Below the pieces are notes generated by a model, which saw only the letters and a list, made by a program, of their open reading frames with translations, was not told the DNA's origin and ran no database searches. The position numbers and the translations under genes were made by a program. Positions 1-10,036 of a stretch of 64,000 nucleotides of DNA are shown here, piece after piece. The stretch is from contig CAWAAF010000009.1 in assembly GCA_963779905.1 (NCBI GenBank), forward strand, positions 32,953 through 96,952. Reading direction: 5' to 3'. Source of the stretch: an uncultured Chloroflexia bacterium. GTDB taxonomy: Bacteria > Chloroflexota > Limnocylindria > Limnocylindrales > CSP1-4. Positions within the stretch are counted from its first letter, which is position 1. Every line of letters starts with the position of its first letter.

Positions 1-902
1 TACGACGGCAACACCGACGCCACCTACAGCTGTTCGCTCGGCGCCGGCGTCGTCGGCACCGAGGTCGTGACCTGCGACGGTGCCCATCCGGGCGTCTTCG
101 CCAGCAAGAACGTCGGCACGCGCAACGTCCACGTGACCGGCTTGGCCCTGGGCGGTGTCGACTCGGGCAACTACGTCCTCGATAACACGACCGCCGACGA
201 CGCGGCCGACATCACGCCGGTCCACCTGACGGTTAGTTTCACCTCACAGAACAAGACTTGGGACGGAAACAACAACGCCGCCGTGCTCACTTGCAGCCTG
301 GCTGGTGTCGTCGGCAGTGAGATCGTGACGTGCAACTCATCTGCGGCCACAGCGCACTTCTCATCGTCCGCCGTTGGAACCTGGACCGTCACGGCGACCG
401 GCTTCACGCTCGACGGTGCCGACAAGGGCAATTACCTGATCGGCACAGTCAACACAGCGACGTACAGCATCACGGCGTGGAACGCTGCCGGAACGGGCTT
501 CTACCAGCCGGTCGGCATCCCGAGCTCGGTCTTCACGGCAGCGCCCGCAAGCGCGCCGCTCACAATTCCAGCAAACGTCCTGCTGGAACAGCGTCAAGGG
601 CGGCTCAGACCGTCCCGTTGAAGTTCAACGTCTACGCCGGCACCGTCGAGAAGACCAGCTTGGCCGACATCACGTCCTTCAACCAGTCCAAGCTGGCCAG
701 CTGCAACGGCGGCGAAGGTGACCGATCCAGTCGATCTCGTCACCGACACCGGCGGAACGACGCTCCGCTACGACACGACTGGACACTCAGTGGATCCAGA
801 ACTGGAAGACGAACAAGGTCAACAACCGAGAGTGCTGGCGAGTCTGGGTCACCTTCGCCGACGGCTCGTCGCTCGAGGCCTTCTTCAAGCTAACGCAAGT
901 AA
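1..902 (+). CDS. 3' part of a secreted surface protein with YDG-type repeats and a C-terminal PxKF-like domain (5'-truncated by window, frameshifted)
   Basis: Frame from base 1 reads YDGNTDA...; repeats such as KTWDGNNNA / TLGGVDSGNY / TLDGADKGNY; after indels near 585 and 720-790 it reads VPLKFNVYAG...WKTNK...CWRVWVTFADGSSLEAFFKL, typical of PxKF C-termini. Exact stop uncertain. Confidence 0.65.
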
Positions 903-924
903 CCGTTCCGCTCCGAGAGGGATG

Positions 925-960
925 GAAAGGCTCCGGCTCAGCGCCGGAGCCTTTTCTGTT
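925..960 (+). terminator. Rho-independent terminator
   Basis: GAAAGGCTCCGGC-TCAGC-GCCGGAGCCTTTTCTGTT hairpin with U-tract just after the PxKF gene. Confidence 0.8.
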
Positions 961-1004
961 GGCTAGGATCAGCGAAGTGACTGAATCGAGCGCGCCACGT
1001 CGAC

Positions 1005-1368
1005 GTGCGGTCTGATCTGGCAGTCGGTGCCGTCGTGCTGGCCGTCGTCGCAGTCGGGCTCGTCTACTGGGTCTTTTTTGTCGGCCCGGCCAGGCGTGGT
1101 GGACCGGCGGGCTCCGACGCTCGTCGAGATGAGCGGCGACGCCAACAAGGTCAGCAAGCAGTTCTATGCCCGCAGCGGCTGGTCAATCCAGTGGGAGAAC
1201 ACCGGCCAGTACTTCTCGTACACGATCCACGGCGACACCGAGTTCGGCCAGGTGATCACGCAGAACGGGCCGGGCAACGGCATCACCTCCCCTGTCCCGA
1301 CCGGTAACTTCTTCATCGAGGTCGTCGCACAGGGCCCGTGGTCGATCAAGGTGATCCAGGGCGACTGA
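1005..1368 (+). CDS. Small membrane-anchored hypothetical protein (frameshifted ~1095)
   Basis: N-terminal TM (AVVLAVVAVGLVYWVFFV) in ORF 1005, continuing in ORF 1027 frame as a beta-rich domain (SGWSIQWEN...FFIEVVAQGPWSIKV). Confidence 0.55.
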
Positions 1369-1478
1369 GCCGCCTAGCCCTGAAACGGACTCGCAACGGC
1401 ACGGGCCGTGGTCGACCAGCCGCCCGACAGCGCTGAGCCCGTACGGTGCCTCCTCCCCCAACAGGAGGCCGTGAACTC

Positions 1479-1899
1479 ATGAATCGACTCATCGGCGGCA
1501 TCGCTGCCGCCGCCCTTTTCCTTGTGGCTTGCTCGAACACGGGCAGCGGGTTCCCCACGGGCAACCCCAGTCGACACGGGCGCCGTCGGCAGCGCCGCCG
1601 GCGACGCCAAGGCCGCGCTGTGCGACTCGACCAGCCAGTCGAGCCTGAAGGGCCTGCAGAGCCAACTCGCCAACGTCAACCCGAACAGCGACACCACGTC
1701 GCTCCAGACAGCAATCGGTGACGCCGAGACCAATCTCAACTCGCTGCAGGTGACCGGCGACCAGACGACGCTCAAGCAGGCCGCGCTGAGCGCGCTCCAG
1801 ACGGTCCAGTCGGGCCTGAGCAACCCATCGACCATCGCCGAGACGGCGACGTCGGCCTCAACTGCCCTGTCGGCGCTCGACTCGTCGCTCTGCTCGTAG
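1479..1899 (+). CDS. Small lipoprotein (frameshifted ~1560)
   Basis: AGGAGG RBS at 1463; MNRLIGGIAAAALFLVAC lipobox; Ser/Thr/Ala-rich helical body in ORF 1522 frame. Confidence 0.65.
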
Positions 1900-2073
1900 T
1901 CGGCTACAAGGCGGGTGTCGATCCTCTTAAGTCCCACCACGGCGTCGGACCTGGGCGTGCGGGCATACACGTTTGATCACGCCCGACGAGGTAACCGGCT
2001 ACAACACGCCCTTGTTCTTCATGCCCGACTACGTGGATGAGTGGTTCTGGGTGCCTGACTGAGCTAGCGCCCA

Positions 2074-3468
2074 CTAAACCTCAGCCAGCTCCAGCCGGTT
2101 GACGCCGCCCGGTTGGGCCGACGTTGTCACGAAGAGGACGGTCGACTTCCGATCGGCCGATGTCAGGCGCTGCAGCCTGGCGGCAACGGCCATCCGATCG
2201 ACCAGCGGTTGCCCGGGATGAGGTTGTGGCAGCACGATCGGCACGATTGCGCCGCGGACCGCCAGGCGGCGGGCGACGACCGAGTTGACGGTGAAGGCCA
2301 CGACCGGGACGCGAGGGCGGGCGGCGGCGAGCATCTCCGCCGTCCGGCCTGTGCGCGTGAAGCACCAGATCGCGCTGGCGGAGGCGCCGTCGTTGGCCAG
2401 CGCGACCGCCGACCGGCAGATCGACACGGCGGGATCGGTCGTCGTCTTCGTCGGCCGTCTCGTGGGCGGGGCCGTCTGGGCGAAGCGAGGCATTCCGCGC
2501 TCGGTGGCGAGGCAGATGTCCGTCATCGCCTGGGCGGCCTCGACCGGGAACTCGCCAATCGCCGTCTCGGCCGACAGCATCACGGCGTCGGCGCCGTCTA
2601 ACACGGCGTTGGCGACGTCGCTTGCCTCGGCGCGCGTGGGCCGCGGCGCGTGAGTCATCGACTCGAGCATCTGGGTGGCGACGATGGTGAATTTGTCGGC
2701 GGCGGCTGGCTTTCCGGAGCAAGACTTTCTGGACGAGCGGCACGTCGGCGAAGGGCAGGTCCACGCCCAGGTCGCCGCGGGCGATCATCACGCCGTCCGC
2801 GATCGCGGCGATCTCGTCGAAGGCGTCGACCGCGGCGCGCGTCTCGATCTTGGCCACCAGCAGCGGGCCTTCGGGCGGGAGCAGCGCGCGGAGGGTCTGG
2901 ACGTCGTCGGCCGTGCGCACGAACGACTGGGCGATCAGGTCCACCCGCAGCTCCAGCGCAAGGGCAACGCCTTCGCGGTCCGCGTCCGTGACGGCGGGAC
3001 CGATCAGTCGCTCGCTGGGCACGTTGACGCCGGACTTGGTCCTGATCACCCCTCCGCGTACGACCTCGGTGGTGACCGCGTCATTGTCGATGCTGGTCAC
3101 TCGGAGCTCGGCCGCGCCGTCGGCCAGCAGGACTCGGTCGCCCACCTGGAGCTTCTTCGTGCAGGGTCGGGCGGTCCGTTTTCAGCTCGAAGCTGTCGCC
3201 CGCGGTGAGGGTCTGTTCGCCGTCGGGAGGCCTCGGCCAGTCGGATCTTGGAGCCGGGCAGGTCGACCATGACCGCCACACTCCGCCGCGCCTGGTGGGC
3301 TGCCGCGCGAACAGCGTGGACGGCGTTGGTGTGGTCCTCGCGCGTGCCGTGGCTGAAGTTGACGCGGGCGACGGACATGCCGGCCCCGATCAGCTCGGGC
3401 AGGTGGTCGTAGCTCGCCGGCCCGATCGTGCACACCAACTTTGTGCGGGGTTTCTGGGTGACGTCCAT
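2074..3468 (-). CDS. pyk: Pyruvate kinase (split by several indels)
   Basis: [78 protein letters not shown] across ORFs 3097-3468, 2081-3145 and 2074-2670. Confidence 0.95.
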
Positions 3469-3567
3469 AACCGGCCGACTCTAACAGCGCTTGCCGGTTG
3501 AGGCGGTTGCGCCCGTGGCTCGCGGTCGGGCCAGCCCGTCAGTCGGATGTGCACGGGGAGCCGGCGG

Positions 3568-3768
3568 ATGTGTGCCGGTGGGGCACCACCGGAAGAACGA
3601 TGGGCGGATTCTGAGCAATCCGACGTTCGACGGCGAGCGTGATCGGCCAGCTCGGGGTCCTTATGGTCCAGGTTCGAGCGTGGACGTGGCCGGCCGGCGT
3701 CGGGTCCGGCCCTTGTCGAGCCTCAAGTCGAGGGAGTCTTCTCCGGGTGGTGCTCCAGCGGCACACTT
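3568..3768. repeat. ~200-bp repeat unit 1 with 30-bp imperfect inverted ends (A end 3568-3597, B end 3739-3768)
   Basis: + strand ATGTGTGCCGGTGGGGCACCACCGGAAGAA; - strand AAGTGTGCCGCTGGAGCACCACCCGGAGAA. Confidence 0.85.
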
Positions 3769-4428
3769 GGGAGGAGGACAAGGCCGGTAGGCGGGTGCTG
3801 CCCGGCCTTGAGCATCCTCAAGAATGTCGCTGGACCGATACGCGGCAGGTCCGCGAAGAGCGTGTCGTACTGGCTCGAGGACCTCGCGGTTGCGTCCGGT
3901 GTCGGCCACGATGACAACGAACGAGTCGACCGGATCGTCCCTGACCTTGAGCGCCCACCGGCCGCGCTGCGCCTGGGCGTCATACAAGCGCATCTCCACT
4001 TCCATTCCGGTTCGCTTGTCGGCTCCGCTCAACATGACGTCCCATCGTCGCTGTTCGGGATGATCCGTGCGTTGCGGGAGTGGCACCTCAGTCCTCGCCC
4101 GAATGGGCAAGGCAACGTGGTCGCACACAAACTTGATGAGCCTTGCTGAAGCCGCATCACGCAGAGGCTCGCCGCCGGGATAGGGCTTGACGGAAAGGTC
4201 GAGCCCAAGGATGACGCCGATCCTGGCCGCCACGAGCAGCGTCAGGCTGTGCCTCTTTCCAGCCTCAATTCGGCTGTAGCTCGATCGCGAAATGCGCGCG
4301 GCTTTCGCCACGGCTAGCTGGCTGAGCCCGATTTGCAGGCGCTTGTCCCGGAACTCCTGGCCGAGGTCGCGCAACCTTCGCTCGCCGAGGCGTGTTCCTC
4401 GGTCGAATAGGCGATCCGTTGTGGGCAT
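3723..4428 (-). CDS. XRE-type helix-turn-helix protein fused to a putative PD-(D/E)XK/DUF559-like nuclease-fold domain (frameshift ~3875)
   Basis: HTH: FRDKRLQIGLSQLAVAKAARISRSSYSRIEAGK; C-domain: RTEVPL...RRWDVML...GMEVEMRL...LKVRDD...FVVIVADT; C-terminus (...GQHPPTGLVLL...) lies in the ORF 3723-3983 frame. HTH is firm; the nuclease fold is inferred from motif pattern. Confidence 0.7.
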
Positions 4429-4473
4429 TGCAGCCGAGAATGACCTGAGGCGCTTACCCCTCACTTATCTGAG

Positions 4474-4683
4474 ATGTGTGCCGGTGGGGCACCACCCGAC
4501 GAAAGCGACCCTGTCCGGCACCTGAGCCATGCGCCCACTGACAACAGGGGCCCAGCAGAAGCCTCGTTTTGAGGGCCACGAGCGGCGGTCACGCACGGTT
4601 TCGAGCGCCGTAGCCCCCTTCCTGCGCTCGGTCTGCGCCCCAAGTCGGCGGTTTTCGTCCGGTGGTGCTCCAGCGGCACATTT
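4474..4683. repeat. ~200-bp repeat unit 2 with 30-bp imperfect inverted ends (A end 4474-4503, B end 4654-4683)
   Basis: + strand ATGTGTGCCGGTGGGGCACCACCCGACGAA; - strand AAATGTGCCGCTGGAGCACCACCGGACGAA. Confidence 0.85.
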
Positions 4684-4715
4684 TGCGATCGCCGACTCCC
4701 CGTTAGCCTTCAGCG

Positions 4716-5343
4716 GTGGGAGCCACGGCCGAAAATCGCGAGCACCTCCTCCGTCGCGCCATGCTGCTGTCGCTCATCAGCATCGTGTTCAGCGGCATCG
4801 TGGGCACGATTGCTGTCGTCGCGGCGCTTGCCAGCGGCGCACTGTCGCTGCTCGGCTTTGGCTTTGACGCGGTGCTCGATGCCGCCGCCTCGATCGTGCT
4901 CGTCTGGCGCTTCCGCATAGAGCGCGAGCATCCGCACCGGGCGGCGCGGGTCGAGCACCTGGCCGAGCTGACCATCGGCGTCGTCTTCCTGGTCCTCGCC
5001 GCGTACCTCGCCGTCAACGCGGTCCAGGCACTCATCGCCAATAGCCACCCGGAGAGCACGACGGTCGGCGTCGGCCTGCTCGTACTCAGCCTGTCTCGCC
5101 CTGCCGCCCCTCGCCTTGGCCAAGAACACGAACCGCCAGCTGCTCTCGGCAGCGGCGCCCTCCGCGCCGACAGCACTCCTGACCGGTCTCGCCGCCATCC
5201 TGGCGGTAATCGGCCTGCTGAGCCTTGGGCTGACGAACTTCTTCGGACTGACCGCCGCTGACGCCATCGGTGCTCTCATCGTCGCCGTCATCATGGCCCG
5301 CGAGGGTTTGAGCGGCCTCCGATCAAAAGAGGTCGCGGACTAG
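4716..5343 (+). CDS. Cation efflux (CDF-like) transmembrane protein (frameshifted ~5100-5175)
   Basis: Multiple TMs; SLLGFGFDAVLD...VLVWRF; ALRADS; ADAIGALIVAVIMAREG, typical of short CDF-type transporters. Confidence 0.65.
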
Positions 5344-6836
5344 GGCACCTGGAACACTTCGAGCGGCGCGAACCAGACGTGCAATCCATCATCCGCCGTG
5401 TCCGCGACGACCACACCGGTCCCGCCAGAACCGATCGTCCGATGCAGGAATGGGTCATCACCGGTCAGGTCCGGAGGCGTGTGCGATGGCATGTTCGGGA
5501 GCGCCGGCCCACCCACCCACGAGGAACCGTCCAACGACGTCCACGAGATCTGACGGCCGAGAGCGACGAAACGACCGCCGATCCAGGTGACAAGATCCGC
5601 AGGAACGCCGGATGTGCGTCGATTGCTCACGACTGTCCCGCTCGAGCCTTCGCTCACGAGCGCCGTCGCCTGCCCATAGTCGTCGTTCGAAGTTGGTCCG
5701 TAGCCGACGAGCACGATCCGCTGGCCGTCGGACACCGCGTCGAGGAAACCGTCGCCCTCAGGAATTTGCGTGTCGGGGTGGGCCCACGTATCGAAGTCGG
5801 TGCTGGACCAGATGCCCTTGCCGATGTAGCTGCCGTGAGTTACGGCTACGGACAGTCCGGGCATTGATGCGAACGTGTTCAACGAATCCCCGTCGACAAC
5901 GACCGACTGCGACCAGTCCGTTCCGTTGCTCGATTGCCAGGCCGCCACACACGTCTCGTTACATGCGATGTCACCACCAGTGATCGTGGTCTCGCCGGCA
6001 GCGAACATCGTCGCGCCGACTGACGTTGCGTCGCCCACGAAGCCGCCCGTAAATGCGTCGAACGTACCGAGCTCCCCTCCAGCAGTTGGCAGCTCGACCT
6101 TCTGCCAGGCTGACCCATCCCCCGAGTGCCATACGGTGGTAGGTGCACTGGCGAAGGCATAGAACTCGGAGCCGTTGTACGTGACGGCCTGGAGTGACAG
6201 GCCCGCAAAGGACGAGTCCGGCTGTGCCTTCCACGCCTGCCCGTCGGGAGAAGTCCAGACCCGACCGCGCGTATTGCCGTTGCGACTCGACCAGCCAACC
6301 GCCACGAACCTGCTCCCGCCGTAGGCGATGCCGGTGACGTTCGTGTCGGCGCCATAGCTCGGGAACGAGGACAGCTCGACCCAGCCAAATGGCGTTGGCG
6401 ATGGCGGCGGTGTAAGTGTCGGCGTGGCCGATGGGGAAGCGGTGGGAGCAAGCGTCGGGCTCGGCGTCGAGCCTGGCGTGGGTGTCGTGGTCGGTGACGT
6501 TGTGGGCGTGGGCGAAGGTCCATCCGTCGGCGCCTGTGTCGCGGTCGGCGCAGGCGATTGAGCGACAGCAGTCGCCGTCGGGCCCGGCGTTGCCGTCGAG
6601 GTGGGCACAACGAGCAGTCGCGAGCCAAGCCCAAAGGCCGCCGCGACCCCTACAACGATCAAGGCCGCGGCCAGCAGGTACCGGGTGCCGCGCGTCGACC
6701 ATCCGCGGTTGCCCCGCCGCGAGCCGTTGCCAGTCGCCACCCGAGCGACCGCCCCAGCGTCAACGGGTCGGACTCCTTGTTCGGCGTCGTCGCGCAGCAG
6801 GCGCTGAAGACGCTGCTCGAAATCCTGGTCAGACAT
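5340..6836 (-). CDS. Putative anti-sigma factor: cytoplasmic N-terminus, TM, Pro/Thr linker, extracytoplasmic propeller-like domain
   Basis: MSDQDFEQRLQRLL...; TM YLLAAALIVVGVAAAFGLG; PT repeats; WxSxDGxxW (BNR/Asp-box-like) repeats; overlaps the stop of the ECF sigma. Confidence 0.7.
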   Translation of the reverse strand: MSDQDFEQRLQRLLRDDAEQGVRPVDAGAVARVATGNGSRRGNRGWSTRGTRYLLAAALIVVGVAAAFGLGSRLLVVPTSTATPGPTATAVAQSPAPTATQAPTDGPSPTPTTSPTTTPTPGSTPSPTLAPTASPSATPTLTPPPSPTPFGWVELSSFPSYGADTNVTGIAYGGSRFVAVGWSSRNGNTRGRVWTSPDGQAWKAQPDSSFAGLSLQAVTYNGSEFYAFASAPTTVWHSGDGSAWQKVELPTAGGELGTFDAFTGGFVGDATSVGATMFAAGETTITGGDIACNETCVAAWQSSNGTDWSQSVVVDGDSLNTFASMPGLSVAVTHGSYIGKGIWSSTDFDTWAHPDTQIPEGDGFLDAVSDGQRIVLVGYGPTSNDDYGQATALVSEGSSGTVVSNRRTSGVPADLVTWIGGRFVALGRQISWTSLDGSSWVGGPALPNMPSHTPPDLTGDDPFLHRTIGSGGTGVVVADTADDGLHVWFAPLEVFQVP

Positions 6837-7380
6837 GGTCAAGGTCCTCGCGCAGAGTGGAGAGCAGCCGGCCCAGCCGGGCACGCGTGCCCGAAGGCGA
6901 CAGGCCGATTGCCCGACTCAGTTCGGTTGCATCCAGGCCGGCGACGTAGCGCAAGGCCAGCAGCGCCCTGTCGTCGGGTGAGAGTCGATTAAGTGCGTTA
7001 CGCAGATCCAGCGCGGCAGCGAGGCCGGCCGGGTCGACGCTGGTTGCCTCGATGCTCGGCGGTTGAAACGCCATCTCGCGGACGACGCGGCGGCGGTTGC
7101 CGCGCATCATCTGGCGCGCTTCGTTGGCGGCGATGGCAACGAGCCAGGATCGAAGGCGCTCGGGCTCGCGCAGCTTTGGCAGCTGGCGCCACGCCACCGA
7201 CCACGCCTCCTGGACTGCCTCCTGCGCCAGGTCCACGTCGCGACAGACGACGTAGGCGACTCGCGCCATGTCATCGTGGTGTGCGGCAACGATCCGGCCA
7301 AAGGCGTACTCGTCGCCGCTGGCAGCCAACGTGAGCGCGGCCGAAAGCCCGTTCGTGTCGTCCATCGTCACCAGGGCCAT
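6829..7380 (-). CDS. ECF RNA polymerase sigma factor
   Basis: 183 aa; GDEYAFGRIV, DLAQEAVQEAW, RSWLVAIAAN, region 4 LNRLSPDDRALLALRY...GTRARLGR. Confidence 0.92.
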   Translation of the reverse strand: MALVTMDDTNGLSAALTLAASGDEYAFGRIVAAHHDDMARVAYVVCRDVDLAQEAVQEAWSVAWRQLPKLREPERLRSWLVAIAANEARQMMRGNRRRVVREMAFQPPSIEATSVDPAGLAAALDLRNALNRLSPDDRALLALRYVAGLDATELSRAIGLSPSGTRARLGRLLSTLREDLDHV

Positions 7381-7387
7381 ACCTTAG

Positions 7388-7416
7388 AGATGCCGCCGAC
7401 CCATGGAAGTGATTCC
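7388..7416 (-). promoter_or_regulatory. Putative ECF-type autoregulatory promoter giving a leaderless transcript
   Basis: - strand GGAATC-N17-GCATCT, ending 7 nt before the sigma ATG; no SD sequence. Confidence 0.45.
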
Positions 7417-7467
7417 GGCGCATCGGTCGGTCCCGTAGGCGCCGCACGGCGCACACTTCACGGCACC

Positions 7468-8791
7468 ATGACCGCCATGCCCAAACGACTGCTAACTACC
7501 CCGCTGGCATTCCTGTTTGCCGCCTGCGCGACCGCCACACCTACGCCGACGCCCACGGCCTCACCAGCCTCGACTCCTATACCGACCCTGACGACCACGC
7601 TGGCACCGACAGCCACGGCCAGCCCAGGCCCGACTCCCACCCTGGCCGCCACGGCCACACCCACGCTGACGGCAACGACGAGCGCCACCCCCACCGCGAC
7701 CGGCACGCAGGTGCCCATCGCCACGGCTACGTCCGCGCCGCGCGGCTGGACGCAGGTGCCGTTCTTCGAGGGCTCGGATCCGGCCACGCAGATGAACGGC
7801 ATTGCGTTCGGTGACGGACTGTTCGTCGCCGTTGGGGTTGCGAGCCGCGCCACCACGAAGGCGGCTACCTGGTTGTCACGCGATGGCCTGACCTGGGTCG
7901 AGCGTGGCCAGGCCGACTTCCCCGACGCCTTCACGGCCGTGACCTTCAACGGCACCGACTTCTACGCCTTCGGCAGCGCACCGACGACGCTGTGGAAGTC
8001 GACCGACGGCAGCCATTGGGACGAGGTCGCGCTGCCTGAGACCGGCGGCGGAGAACTGGGCAGTTTCAACGCGTTCACGGGCAGTTCGGTCAGCGAAGCC
8101 AGTTCCGTGGGCAGCACCGATCTACGCTGCCGGCGAGTCGACCGTGACGGGCGGCGACATCGCCTGTAACTGCGTGGCCGCCTGGCGCTCCGGTGACGGA
8201 ACCGACTGGACTCAGTCAGTCGCGCTCGAGGACGACTCGTTCAACGCCTTCGCCGCCCTGCCCGACATGGCGCTGATGATCGCGTATGGCACTTACATCG
8301 GCCAGGCTGTGCGAGTAAGCACGGACTTCGACACTTGGGCCAAGCCCAACATTGACCTGGCTGAGGGCAGCGGCTACCTCGATGCGGCCGCCAGCAAGGA
8401 CCGGATCGTCGCCGTCGGTTACGCCGGAGACACTTATGACATTCCAATTTCCCTGTTCTGGGACGGCTCCACGTGGTCTGGCAGCTCCATCGGCGATGGC
8501 GCCGGCGGCGCCCCTGCTGAGCAGGTCGCCTGGGGAGGCGGCCAATTCGTCGCAGTCGGCACCACGATCGGCGGCGACCGACTCCACGCGGTCAGTTGGT
8601 CCTCCGCCGACGGCCTGACCTGGCACTCGGGACCCGATGTCTACGACCTGCCGCGGCCACCTGTCCCGCCCGAAGCCGGTGACGATCCGTTCCAGCACCG
8701 CACGATCGGCGGCGGCGACCCAGGTTTCGTGGTCGCCCAGACCCTGGCCGACGGGCTGCACGTTTGGTTCGCCACGGCGGGGACCTTCTAG
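7468..8791 (+). CDS. Lipoprotein with PT linker and propeller-like domain, paralogue of the anti-sigma ectodomain (frameshift ~8120)
   Basis: LAFLFAAC lipobox; blocks shared with 5340-6836: AVTFNGTDFYAFGSAPTT, GGELGSFNAFTG, GGDIACN, STDFDTWA, GDDPFxHRTIG, DGLHVWF. Confidence 0.75.
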
Positions 8792-8896
8792 CCCGGGTTG
8801 TTACGGCTCTGCACGACCTCTGCAAGCGTGAAACGGCAACTTGTTGCCGGCAGCGAACCCTCGGTCGGACGATCCTGCACGGCAGGAGGTCCCGCG

Positions 8897-9148
8897 ATGG
8901 CCGAACTGGACACCAAAGATCGCAACAAACTGCGCAAAGACCAATTCGCCTACGTCGATTCGAATGGCGGAGAACATCTGCCGATAAACGACGAGTCGCA
9001 CATCCGGAACGCGATGTCGCGCTGGAATCAGACCGACTTCGAGAGCCAATCGAAGAAGGAAGCTGCGCGCAAGAAGATCGTGGCCGCGGCGCGTAAGCAC
9101 GGCATTGAGATCGCCGATGACGACAAGATCGCCAAGCCCGTTCACTAG
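8897..9148 (+). CDS. DUF6582-like small protein
   Basis: AGGAGG RBS; FAYVDSNGGEHLPINDESHIRNAMSRWNQ...IVAAARKHGI. Confidence 0.7.
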   Translation: MAELDTKDRNKLRKDQFAYVDSNGGEHLPINDESHIRNAMSRWNQTDFESQSKKEAARKKIVAAARKHGIEIADDDKIAKPVH

Positions 9149-9178
9149 CAGCTGACAGGAGGGAAGAAGCACGTGGTT

Positions 9179-9382
9179 ATGGCCGAGGAAATCCAGCCCG
9201 GCTGGCAGGTGGTCGACAGTTTCGGTGAGGAGATCGGCAAGGTCGTCAGCGCGACCGGGCCGGGCATGCGCGTAAAGCTCTATGGCGACGGCGAGATCGA
9301 CGTGCCGAACGAGGATTGCGCGACAATCGAGACCGGCCGCGTCGAGCTGTCCAAGTCCAAGAAGGAAATCCAGCCCTCTTAG
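9179..9382 (+). CDS. Small hypothetical protein (PRC-barrel/DUF2171-like)
   Basis: IQPGWQVVDSFGEEIGKV...VELSKSK pattern. Confidence 0.55.
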   Translation: MAEEIQPGWQVVDSFGEEIGKVVSATGPGMRVKLYGDGEIDVPNEDCATIETGRVELSKSKKEIQPS

Positions 9383-10036
9383 GTGACCGACCAAGGCGCC
9401 GACCTGGAAGCTCGCTTCCGCGAGCAGGTCCAGGCGAGCATCGCTACCAAGCAGGCCCTGCTGGCTGACCCAGGGCCGTGCTTGGCCGTGGCTCAGGTGC
9501 TGATCGACACGTACCAGCGCGGCGGCCAGATGTTCCTGTTCGGCAATGGTGGCAGCGCTGCCGACGCACAGCACATCGCGGCCGAGTTCCTGGGCAGGTT
9601 CTACCTTGAGCGCGCCTCGTTGCCGGCCCACGCGCTGACCGTCAACACGTCAGCCCTCACCGCAATTGCCAACGACTTTTCGTTCGACTACGTCTACGCT
9701 CGCCAGCTCGAGGGCCTGGGGCGGCCGCGCGACGTGGCCGTGGGCATTTCGACCAGCGGCAATTCCGCCAGTGTCGTACACGGATTGCTTCGAGCCAACC
9801 GAATGGGCATGACCACTGTCGCCATGACTGGCGCGGGCGGCGGACAGATTCGTGATCTGGTCAACCACTGGGTAGCGGTGCCGAGCGACGACGTCGCGCG
9901 AATCCAGGAGTGCCACATCATGATCGGCCACATCTGGAGCGAGCTGGTCGAGGCGGCGCTGTTCGGGGATCAGGCGGGCGACGATCAGTCGGGCGCGGAA
10001 GCGAACCTGCCGGGCGAGGCTGTCGCCAACCGGTAG
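9383..10036 (+). CDS. gmhA: Phosphoheptose (sedoheptulose-7-P) isomerase
   Basis: FGNGGSAADAQHIAAEF, AIANDF, GISTSGNS, RIQECH motifs. Confidence 0.93.
   Translation: MTDQGADLEARFREQVQASIATKQALLADPGPCLAVAQVLIDTYQRGGQMFLFGNGGSAADAQHIAAEFLGRFYLERASLPAHALTVNTSALTAIANDFSFDYVYARQLEGLGRPRDVAVGISTSGNSASVVHGLLRANRMGMTTVAMTGAGGGQIRDLVNHWVAVPSDDVARIQECHIMIGHIWSELVEAALFGDQAGDDQSGAEANLPGEAVANR

Noticed and set aside
3568-4683. The 30-bp palindromic repeats as a CRISPR array
   Set aside because: Copies alternate in orientation, are separated by ~140-700 bp, and no cas genes are present.
8834-8849. CGGCAAC-TT-GTTGCCG palindrome upstream of the DUF6582 gene
   Set aside because: A single 7-bp inverted repeat with no second copy noticed; not enough to call an operator.
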